This document shows, piece by piece, positions 25,152-32,000 of a stretch of 32,000 nt of DNA. The stretch's first letter is position 1. Each line of letters begins with the position of its first letter. The notes below the pieces were generated by a model. The model saw only the letters and a list, made by a program, of their open reading frames with translations. It did no database searches and was not told where the DNA came from. The position numbers were made by a program, and so were the translations under genes. The DNA comes from Haloferax volcanii DS2 (lineage in GTDB: Archaea; Halobacteriota; Halobacteria; Halobacteriales; Haloferacaceae): positions 2,460,001-2,492,000 of the forward strand of contig NC_013967.1 in the NCBI RefSeq assembly GCF_000025685.1, written 5' to 3'.

Positions 25152-25982
25152 ATGGGAATTCTCTCTCGCACGTCGTACGTCATCCGGTCGAAGGTAAACT
25201 CCCTCCTCAACCGTGCGGAGGACCCGACGGAGACGCTCGACTACTCCTACGAGAAGATGCGCGACGAGCTACAACAGGTCAAACAGGGTATCGCCGACCT
25301 GACCACCCAGAAGAAGCGACTGGAGATACAGAAGCGTCGCCTCGAAGAGAACGTCGAAAAGCACAACGACCAGGCCCGCGAGGCCGTCCAGCAGGACCGC
25401 GAGGACCTCGCCCGCAAGGCGCTCGAAAAGAAGCAGGCCAAGATGAGCCAAATCGAGGAGCTGGAGACGCAAATCGCCAGTTTGCAGGAGACGCAGGACC
25501 AACTCGTCAACAAGAAGGACGAGCTCCAGAGCCGCATCGAGGAGTTCCGCACCAAAAAGGAGACGATGAAGGCCCGCTACGAGGCCGCCGAGGCGTCGAG
25601 CCGCGTCTCCGAGGCGATGACCGGCGTCGGCGACGAGATGGCCGACGTGGGGCGCGCGCTCGAACGCGCCGAGGAGCAGACCGACGAGATGGAGGCCCGC
25701 TCGGCCGCGATGGACGAACTCATGGACTCCGGCGCGTTCGACGACGCGCTGTCGGACAAGGACTCCATCGAGCGCGAACTCGAAGCCGGCCGCACCAGCG
25801 CCGAAGTCGACACCGAACTGGGGACGCTCAAGGCCGAGATGGGCAAATCCTCCGGGTCGTCGTCGAGCAAGAGCGCGAGCGCGAGCGACGCCGACGTGGA
25901 TGTCGAAACCGACGTGGCCGACGAGAAGGTCGAAGCCGAACTCGAAGAGCTGAAGAACGAAGACGACTCCTCGTCCTCCTGA
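25152..25982 (+). CDS. pspA: PspA/IM30/Vipp1-family protein (ESCRT-III superfamily)
   Basis: 'MGILSRTSYVIRSKVNSLLNRAEDPTETLDY..' parallels the bacterial PspA N-terminus ([25 protein letters not shown]). Long heptad helices follow, plus a Ser/Asp-rich C-terminal tail. Confidence 0.9.
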   Translation: MGILSRTSYVIRSKVNSLLNRAEDPTETLDYSYEKMRDELQQVKQGIADLTTQKKRLEIQKRRLEENVEKHNDQAREAVQQDREDLARKALEKKQAKMSQIEELETQIASLQETQDQLVNKKDELQSRIEEFRTKKETMKARYEAAEASSRVSEAMTGVGDEMADVGRALERAEEQTDEMEARSAAMDELMDSGAFDDALSDKDSIERELEAGRTSAEVDTELGTLKAEMGKSSGSSSSKSASASDADVDVETDVADEKVEAELEELKNEDDSSSS

Positions 25983-26085
25983 GCGCGCCCGCCCGAACCG
26001 ACGCCGTGCAGTCCCCCGCGGCCCACCCGCTCCCGCGACTCGCCCGCCAGTACGCACTTGACCCCACCCCGCGATAGCTTCGGTC

Positions 26086-27186
26086 ATGTCGAACACCGGC
26101 GGGCCGTCGGCCGGCGAGCCCGACGACACGATGCGAGAGCGCGGGACGACGAGCCGCGCGAAGCTCCGCGCCCTCCTCGACGCGGACCGCCGCGTCGTCG
26201 CCGCGGCCCCGCTCGTCGTCGTCTTTGGTAGCGTCGTCGTCCTCGGCCAACTGGACTCGACCCCGCTCCGGGTCGCCGTCGAGTCCTCGGACCCAATCGA
26301 GACGCTCGCGCAGGGGCTTCTCACCGCGATTATCACGGGCGTCACGCTCGTCGTCACCATCAATCAGCTCGTGCTCTCGCGGGAACTCGGGCCGCTGGGC
26401 GACCAGCGCGACCGGATGGAGGGGTCGATGCGCTTCCGCGAGGACGTGGCCGACCTGCTGGACGCGCCGGTCGCGCCGCCGGAGCCGTCGGCGTTCCTGC
26501 GCGCGCTGGCCGAGGGCATCGCGTCGCGGGCGCGGGCGGTCGAAGACACGCTCGATGCGGGTGGGAACGGGGACGCCGGCGAGAGCGACGACGCGACCGC
26601 GAGCGACGCCGATAGCGACCCGACGACCCGCGTCCGCGAGTTCGCAAGGGAGGTCGAGTCGAACGCCGAGGCGGTCGCCGGGCGGCTGGAGGGCCGGCAG
26701 TTCGGGACGTTCGCGGTGCTGTCGGCGGCGCTGGACCTCAACTACTCGTGGAAAATCTATCAGGCGGCGCGGCTCCGCCGCGTCCACGACGCCGACCTCT
26801 CGGCGGAGACGAAGACCGCGCTGTCGGAGCTCCGCGACGCGCTCGAACTGTTCGGCCCCGCCCGCGAGCACGTCAAGACGCTCTACTTCCGGTGGGAACT
26901 GGTCGACCTCTCGCGGACGATGTTCTACGCGGCGGTCCCCGCGCTCGTGGCGAGCATCGGCGCGATTCTCTTTCTCGACGACCCGACGACGATTACGGGC
27001 GCGACGCTCGGCGTGTCGAACCTGCTTCTCACCGTGGCGTTCGTGGTGGCCGTCTCGATCGCGCCCTTCGCGGTGCTCGCGTCCGCGGTCCTCCGCATCT
27101 CGACGGTCGCAAAACGGACGCTCTCCATCGGGCCGTTCGTGCTCCGGTCGGAGACCCGCGAAGACGACCTCGACTGGGAGTCCTGA
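26086..27186 (+). CDS. Hypothetical membrane protein (2 TM, ~200-aa soluble domain, 2 TM)
   Basis: 366-aa ORF with GC-rich third positions and an acidic soluble region. Helices 'VVAAAPLVVVFGSVVVLG', 'LLTAIITGVTLVVTI', 'MFYAAVPALVASIGAILFL', 'LLLTVAFVVAVSIAPFAVLA'. Alternative start at ATG 26131. Confidence 0.7.
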   Translation: MSNTGGPSAGEPDDTMRERGTTSRAKLRALLDADRRVVAAAPLVVVFGSVVVLGQLDSTPLRVAVESSDPIETLAQGLLTAIITGVTLVVTINQLVLSRELGPLGDQRDRMEGSMRFREDVADLLDAPVAPPEPSAFLRALAEGIASRARAVEDTLDAGGNGDAGESDDATASDADSDPTTRVREFAREVESNAEAVAGRLEGRQFGTFAVLSAALDLNYSWKIYQAARLRRVHDADLSAETKTALSELRDALELFGPAREHVKTLYFRWELVDLSRTMFYAAVPALVASIGAILFLDDPTTITGATLGVSNLLLTVAFVVAVSIAPFAVLASAVLRISTVAKRTLSIGPFVLRSETREDDLDWES

Positions 27187-27256
27187 CGGGGACCGAGTCC
27201 CGAATCGGCGTCGGTGGGTGTCGCCGCGTTACCGCATCTGCGTCACCGCGCCCGCC

Positions 27257-28294
27257 TTACCGACGCTGCGCGCCGGTTCCCGGTCGGTCGAGCGCGTCGA
27301 GGTCGATTTCGCCGTTCGGCATCGGGACGCCCTCGTAGGGGTCGTCCGCGAGGAGGAGCGAGCCGTCGAGGTCGGCGTAGTCGAGCAGCGGCGCGAGGTG
27401 ACAGCCCGCCGCGATGGCGGCGTTCGACTCTATCATGCAGCCGAGCATGACCTCCAGCCCGTGGGCGCGGGCGGCGTGGATGGCGCGTTTCGCCTCCGTG
27501 AGGCCGCCGCACTTCATCAGCTTGAGGTTCGCGATATCGACGCGGTCGGCGATGCGCGGGATGTCGGCGGCGGTGATGCAGGACTCGTCGGCCGCGATGG
27601 GGAGCGCGCCGCGGTCGTAGACGAACTTCAGGCCCTCGTGGTCCTCGGCGGGGACCGGCTGTTCGACGAACTCGACGCCGTGGTCTGCGAGGAACTCGGT
27701 CATCTCGACGGCCTCGCGGGGCGTCCACGCCTCGTTGGCGTCGACGCGGATGGTCACGCCGGGAGCCTCGTCGCGGACGGCCTCGATGATAGCTCTGTCG
27801 CGGTCGGTGCCGAGTTTGACCTTGAGCACGCCGTAGCCGGCCTCGTAGGCCTCCGCGGTCTTCTCGCGCATCGTGTCGAGGTCGTCGAGACCGACGGTGT
27901 ACGACGAGGTGGGCGTCCGCGAGGGGTCGAGCCCCCAGAGGCGATACAGCGGGACGCCGAGGCGCTTGGCCGCGAGGTCGTGCAGCGCGATGCTCACGGC
28001 GGTCCGCGCGGCCGGGTTGCGGCGGACCGTCTCGGCCATCTCGCGCTCGATGCGGTCGATGGCGTGGGCGTCCCCGACCGCCTCGACCACCGAGAGCAGG
28101 TCGGGAAGCACGGCCTCGACGGTGTCGGCGGTCTCGCCGTAGTGCGACGACGGGGCGGCCGCGCCGACGCCCGTCATGCCGCCTTCGTCCTCGATGCGGA
28201 CGACGACGTTCTCGGCCTCGGTCTGGACGCCGCGGGCGATGCCGAACGGCTCCGCGAGCGACATCGAGACGAGCTCAAACTCGGTCGCGAGCAT
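27257..28294 (-). CDS. Enolase-superfamily (MR/MLE) dipeptide-epimerase-like racemase (DgcA-like)
   Basis: KxK motif 'GVLKVKLG', second catalytic Lys in 'NLKLMKCGG', and a metal-ligand pattern 'RVDANEAW' ... 'FVEQP' ... 'IAADES'. Confidence 0.85.
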   Translation of the reverse strand: MLATEFELVSMSLAEPFGIARGVQTEAENVVVRIEDEGGMTGVGAAAPSSHYGETADTVEAVLPDLLSVVEAVGDAHAIDRIEREMAETVRRNPAARTAVSIALHDLAAKRLGVPLYRLWGLDPSRTPTSSYTVGLDDLDTMREKTAEAYEAGYGVLKVKLGTDRDRAIIEAVRDEAPGVTIRVDANEAWTPREAVEMTEFLADHGVEFVEQPVPAEDHEGLKFVYDRGALPIAADESCITAADIPRIADRVDIANLKLMKCGGLTEAKRAIHAARAHGLEVMLGCMIESNAAIAAGCHLAPLLDYADLDGSLLLADDPYEGVPMPNGEIDLDALDRPGTGAQRR

Positions 28295-29320
28295 CTAGAA
28301 CACCCCGTCGATGAGGTCGGCCGAGCCGAAGCGGACGGGGTCGACCGCGGGGACGCCGAGTTCGTCCGCGAAGGCGTCGACGGCCTCGGCCGCCTCCACG
28401 TCGTCGTCGACGTGGGAGGTGTTGAGCATCCCGGCGACCACGTCGACCTCGTGGACGGGGTCCGCGAGGTTCTCGTACAGCGAGACGTACTCCGAGAGGT
28501 CGGGGAGCGCGAACTCCTCGTAGCCGTGAATCGCCTCGCGGGTGGCCTCGTGACAGAGCACGAGCTTGTCGGCCATCGCGCCGTGGAGGATACCGCAGGT
28601 GACCGCGGAGTACGCGGGGTGGACGATGCTCCCTTGGCCCTCGACGAACAGCACGTCGTGTTCGTCGCCTTTCTCCAGAATCATCTCCTCGACCGCGCCG
28701 GCGGTGAAGTCGCTGACGACGCGGTCGACGGGGTTGCCCCAGCCCGCAATCATGATGCCGGTCTGGCCGGTCGGGATGAAGCCCGCGTCGATACCCCGCT
28801 CGCGGGCGGCCTCGACGAGTTCGAGCGTCGCGGTCATCTTGCCGACCGAACAGTCGGTGCCGACTGTGAGGACGACTTCGGCGTCCACGTCGGCGGATTT
28901 CCCCTGCGCGACGCCGAGGTCGTCGTGGGGCTTACGAACGTCGTTGATGTCGCAGCCGTGTCCGTCGGCGAGGCGGGCGAACTCCTCGTCTTCGGCGAGG
29001 AAGTAGTGGAGGCCGGAGATGAGGTCACAGCCGCGTTCGAGGGCGGTGCGAACGTCGTCGCGCCACGTCTCGTCGAACGCGCCGCCGATGGGCGAGATGC
29101 CGACGAGGAGGGCGTCGGCGTCGGGCGCGTCGGCCATCGAGGCGACGACGGGCACGTCCGGGAGGTCGCGGCGGTGGTCGGCGGCGGTGGTGCCGGGGTT
29201 GTCGCGGTCGAGGACGGCAACCACGTCGTAGTCGGCGTACTTCAGGACGCCCGTGGCGGTCTTCGCGCGGTCGGGGAACTTCTCGTGTGCGAGGACGACG
29301 ACTCGCTGTGGGTCGTTCAT
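28295..29320 (-). CDS. DUF1611-family protein (DgcN-like putative N-acyltransferase)
   Basis: Collinear with DUF1611 proteins as I recall them ('VVLAHEKF..AKTATGVL', 'PTGQTGIMIAGWG', 'FVEGQGS'). Its stop abuts the epimerase start with no gap. ATG 29320 is preferred over GTG 29332 (TATA at -27). Confidence 0.75.
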   Translation of the reverse strand: MNDPQRVVVLAHEKFPDRAKTATGVLKYADYDVVAVLDRDNPGTTAADHRRDLPDVPVVASMADAPDADALLVGISPIGGAFDETWRDDVRTALERGCDLISGLHYFLAEDEEFARLADGHGCDINDVRKPHDDLGVAQGKSADVDAEVVLTVGTDCSVGKMTATLELVEAARERGIDAGFIPTGQTGIMIAGWGNPVDRVVSDFTAGAVEEMILEKGDEHDVLFVEGQGSIVHPAYSAVTCGILHGAMADKLVLCHEATREAIHGYEEFALPDLSEYVSLYENLADPVHEVDVVAGMLNTSHVDDDVEAAEAVDAFADELGVPAVDPVRFGSADLIDGVF

Positions 29321-29341
29321 ACAGGGTGTCACTACGTGCCA

Positions 29342-29350
29342 CCCTAAAAG
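29342..29350 (-). promoter_or_regulatory. TATA-like element (CTTTTAGGG on minus strand) for the DUF1611-epimerase operon
   Basis: Centred 27 nt upstream of ATG 29320. Confidence 0.5.
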
Positions 29351-29446
29351 GGGAGGCGATTCGGCGGCGGCTGCCGGGTCGCGCCGCCGAGTCGTCTGCG
29401 GGTATTCGGGTATTCTCTGGAGAACATCCGCGGCGTCGCCGCCGGC

Positions 29447-30376
29447 TCAGAGCCGGTAGAGCCGCGTGGTCCAGAACTCTCTGGACGCCTCCGTGAGCGC
29501 CGTCTCGGGGTCGCCGCTGGCGTCGACGGTCGCGGTCAGCGCGGCTCGGTCGCGGAACTCACCGAGGACGGTTCGCTCGCCGAGCACGACGAGGTCGGCG
29601 TCGTCGCCGGCTCTCTCGCCCGCGCCGGACCCGCCGCCGAGGAACTCGTCGAGCGCCTCGTGACAGCGGTCGATGTGGTCGTCGATTTGGCCCTCGCGGA
29701 TGCGCTCGAACCGCCCCTGCGAGAACCCGCCTTTCGAGTGGGCGGACTTCACGTCGCTCTCGAAGCCCTCGACGAATTCGAGGTCGCCGTCCTCGTAGCG
29801 GCCGAGGGCGAACAGGTCGCCGCGGACGAGCGCGACGGCGGTGGTCTCGGTCGGGTGGAACCACACCGGGTCGAGGTCGAAGCCGTCGCTCCAGCGGTCG
29901 AAGTCGTCGGGCTGGCGGGGCGGCGAGAGCGCGACGCTCACTACTCCGGCGTCGTCGGTGAGCGCGACGCAGGGCGCGGCCCGGCGGACGAGCGGGGCGC
30001 GGCCGCCGAACGCGGACTCGGCGGCCGAGGGAAGCGAGCGGTCGTCGGAGACGGCGGCGGTGAGCGCGCCCTCCTCGTCGGTCGAAAGCGAGTCGAGGCG
30101 CGACAGCACCTCGCGGAGGCGGTCGCCGCGGAGGTCCTCGGTCCCGCGGAAGTCCAGCGAGTCGTCGTCGCCCGAGAGGCGCTCCACGCGGTCTTCGAGT
30201 TCGGTGATGCGGTCTTCGAGGCGGTTGACCTCCGCCTCGGCTTCCTGTCGCGCGCGGGCCGCCTCCGCTCGCCGCTCGGACTCGCCCTCCAGACGCCCGG
30301 CCAACGCGTCGCGTTCGTCTTCCAACTCGGCGATGCGCGCTTTGAGTTCGGCTCGACCCAACAACTCGTCCAGCAT
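29447..30376 (-). CDS. eRF1-domain protein of the Vms1/ANKZF1-like (VLRF1) type with N-terminal coiled coil
   Basis: 'KSAHSKGGFSQGRFERIREGQIDDHIDRCHEAL' aligns with the eRF1 central domain '[28 protein letters not shown]'. The first ~70 aa are a heptad coiled coil. Confidence 0.7.
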   Translation of the reverse strand: MLDELLGRAELKARIAELEDERDALAGRLEGESERRAEAARARQEAEAEVNRLEDRITELEDRVERLSGDDDSLDFRGTEDLRGDRLREVLSRLDSLSTDEEGALTAAVSDDRSLPSAAESAFGGRAPLVRRAAPCVALTDDAGVVSVALSPPRQPDDFDRWSDGFDLDPVWFHPTETTAVALVRGDLFALGRYEDGDLEFVEGFESDVKSAHSKGGFSQGRFERIREGQIDDHIDRCHEALDEFLGGGSGAGERAGDDADLVVLGERTVLGEFRDRAALTATVDASGDPETALTEASREFWTTRLYRL

Positions 30377-30472
30377 ACACGGACGCGTGCGGGCCGACCA
30401 CTTGAGCGTTCGGACGCGGGGACGGGGCGCGCGGCGGGCGTTCCGCCAGCGCGACGACGGCGGCGGAGCGAC

Positions 30473-30871
30473 TCAGGCCAGCCTGTCGTCGGGTCGGTCG
30501 GGGTCGGAGCCGCCGGGGCCGCCGGGTGCGAGGTCGTCGGGGTCGTAGCCGGCGTATCGGAGCAACTCGGCGGCTCGCGGGGCGTCGGCGAGAAGCACCG
30601 GTCGGTCGTCCGGGAGCGCGTCGGAGTCCACGGCGTCTCGGGGGAGCGCGAGCGTCCCCGAGGGAACGCCGTCGTCGCCGACGACCGGGAAGTGGGCCGT
30701 GTCGAGTTTCATCACGAGCGGGTAATCGACTCGCTCGACGCCGCGGCCGTCCGTGTAGACGCACTCGTTGAGTCGCTCGTGTTCCGTTCGGTGAATCGCC
30801 GCCTCGGCCCCGTCGTACGGTTCGACGTACAACCGACCGAGGAAGTAACTGCTGGAGAAGCGTTCGAACAT
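30473..30871 (-). CDS. Conserved hypothetical cytoplasmic protein
   Basis: 132-aa ORF (MFERFSSSYFLGRLYVEPYDG...) with GC-rich third positions and an acidic composition. I recall similar N-termini among haloarchaeal hypothetical proteins but cannot name a family with confidence. Confidence 0.65.
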   Translation of the reverse strand: MFERFSSSYFLGRLYVEPYDGAEAAIHRTEHERLNECVYTDGRGVERVDYPLVMKLDTAHFPVVGDDGVPSGTLALPRDAVDSDALPDDRPVLLADAPRAAELLRYAGYDPDDLAPGGPGGSDPDRPDDRLA

Positions 30872-31039
30872 CTGTGCGTGTGAATGTCAACCACGAACAG
30901 TGATAAGCCTTGTCGGAACCATTTATATCGATACGCAATTCCACCGCCGAGACTCGGGGACGGCAGTCGGCATCGGCAGACGAGAACGCGGCTCGCGTGG
31001 GAGAGAGCCGGTCGCGAAAACGGGCCGGTTACGGGGGTC

Positions 31040-31360
31040 TTACTCGTCGCCGCGGGTCGCCGCGGTCATCGACCAGACGGCGACGAGGCCGAGCGCGAGC
31101 GCCGGGAGCATCGGCAGGGCCAGCATGGCCGCGAGGTACGGCAGGCCGGCCATCGCCGGCAGCGACGGCACGAGGTACACCGCGCCGGGGATGACGAGGA
31201 AACAGAGCGCGACGACGCCGACGAGCACCCAGCCGCGACTTCCGAAGCCGGTCGCTTCCGGCTCCGAGCCGTCACCGCCGACCGCGACGCCGTCGGGTCG
31301 GTGGACGTAGGTGTCGGACTCGGCGGTCGCGTCCTCCCGAGCCGTGGTGTCAGAGCTCAC
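31040..31360 (-). CDS. Small membrane protein (acidic N-terminus plus two TM helices)
   Basis: GTG start at 31360 overlaps the last codons of the upstream oxidoreductase by 11 nt. Helices 'WVLVGVVALCFLVIPGAVYLV' and 'YLAAMLALPMLPALALGLVAVW'. Strong GC3 bias. Confidence 0.65.
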   Translation of the reverse strand: MSSDTTAREDATAESDTYVHRPDGVAVGGDGSEPEATGFGSRGWVLVGVVALCFLVIPGAVYLVPSLPAMAGLPYLAAMLALPMLPALALGLVAVWSMTAATRGDE

Positions 31361-32000
31361 TATCTGGGATTACGACCACCTTGCCAAAGCCCTGTCGCTC
31401 CTCGATGAGTTCGTGCGCGCGGTCGATTTCGCTCATGGGGAGCGTCTCGCGGATGCGGGGTTCGAAGGTGCCGTCCCAGACGAGGTCGAGCACCTCGTCG
31501 GCCTCGCCGGGCGTCGCCATCGTCGAGCCGATGACCGAAAGCTGGTTCCAGAAGATGTAGTTGAGCCCCGCACCCGGGTCGGGGCCGGTGGTCGCTCCGC
31601 AGGTGACGACGCGGCCGCCCTTGACGAGGCTCTTGAGCGACTGCTTGTAGGTGGCCTCGCCGATGTGGTCGACGACCATGTCGACACCGCGGCCGTCCGT
31701 GAGCGTCTGAATCTCCTTCGAGAAGTCGTCTTCCTCGTAGTTGATGACGTGGTCCGCGCCGCACTCCTCGGCGTACTCCAGTTTCTCGTCGGTGGAGGCG
31801 GTCGCGTACACCTCAGCGCCCGCGTAGTCGGCGATTTGGACGGCCGCGTGGCCGACGCCGCCGGACGCGCCGAGGACGAGCACTTTCTCGCCGGGGCGGA
31901 GTTCGCCGCGGTCGACGAGCATCCGCCATGCGGTCTGGAAGACGAGCGACGCGGAGCCGGCGACCTCCCACGGCACGCCCTCGGGGACGGGCACGAGGTT
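31350..32000 (-). CDS. MDR-superfamily NAD(P)H-dependent (quinone) oxidoreductase, N-terminus outside the window
   Basis: Cofactor-binding 'VLVLGASGGVGHAAVQIA' and C-terminal 'GKVVVIPD'. The frame stays open to the window edge. Confidence 0.85.
   Translation of the reverse strand, partial: NLVPVPEGVPWEVAGSASLVFQTAWRMLVDRGELRPGEKVLVLGASGGVGHAAVQIADYAGAEVYATASTDEKLEYAEECGADHVINYEEDDFSKEIQTLTDGRGVDMVVDHIGEATYKQSLKSLVKGGRVVTCGATTGPDPGAGLNYIFWNQLSVIGSTMATPGEADEVLDLVWDGTFEPRIRETLPMSEIDRAHELIEERQGFGKVVVIPDSEL

Noticed and set aside
26225-29347. 1040-aa plus-strand ORF spanning three real genes
   Set aside because: The first part is an Arg/Ser/Pro-rich alternative frame of the 26086-27186 gene. The remainder is antisense to the epimerase and DUF1611 genes, which carry clear catalytic motifs.
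30922-30929. TTTATATC read on the plus strand as a promoter for a plus-strand transcript or sRNA
   Set aside because: The only plus-strand frames downstream are Arg-rich artefacts, with no structured or conserved-looking RNA features. The element is more economically explained as the minus-strand promoter of the 30871 gene.
1-32000. Looked for CRISPR arrays, rRNA, tRNA, IS elements/transposases, integrases, restriction-modification or known defence genes
   Set aside because: No spaced repeat arrays, no long terminal inverted repeats and no recognisable recombinase or nuclease families were seen. The only composition anomaly is the 22332-23246 island.

Overview
High-GC (roughly 65-70%) haloarchaeal chromosomal DNA. 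The 87-aa ORF at 8305-8568 matches, as far as I can recall it, the Haloferax volcanii ubiquitin-like modifier SAMP1. The surrounding order (TrkA-C pair, samp1, Rieske, ppc, pyrG, guaA, tfs, pspA) fits a Haloferax-like main chromosome. I support about 38 protein-coding genes, two of them truncated by the window edges. I found no rRNA, tRNA, CRISPR array, transposase or integrase. Most content is housekeeping: PfkB kinase, uridine phosphorylase, K+ channel, PEP carboxylase, aldo-keto reductase, Maa acetyltransferase, CTP synthase, GMP synthase subunit B, TFS, PspA, and a DUF1611/dipeptide-epimerase pair. Many genes have a TTTWWW-type TATA element 26-30 nt upstream of the ATG, which implies leaderless mRNAs, and I used this spacing to trim several ORF-track starts. 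The many long Arg/Gly/Pro-rich ORFs antisense to or out of frame with real genes are GC artefacts. The strongest anomaly is an abrupt ~0.9-kb low-GC (~30-40%) island at 22332-23246 between tfs and a convergent membrane-protein gene. It has its own TATA-like element and encodes a 45-aa one-helix peptide plus a 209-aa acidic orphan protein, whose frames differ by -1 at a G-AAA-AAG run. Other points worth follow-up:
- a three-gene module at 19527-21917: a KaiC/RecA-like protein with a lysine-less P-loop, an RHH-like/coiled-coil/zinc-ribbon protein, and an acidic Cys-motif protein;
- a K+ channel with only an RCK N-lobe, divergent from two tandem TrkA-C membrane paralogues and samp1;
- pspA with a downstream 4-TM protein;
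- an eRF1-domain (Vms1-like) protein carrying GGFSQ in place of GGQ;
- purine-rich direct repeats downstream of samp1.
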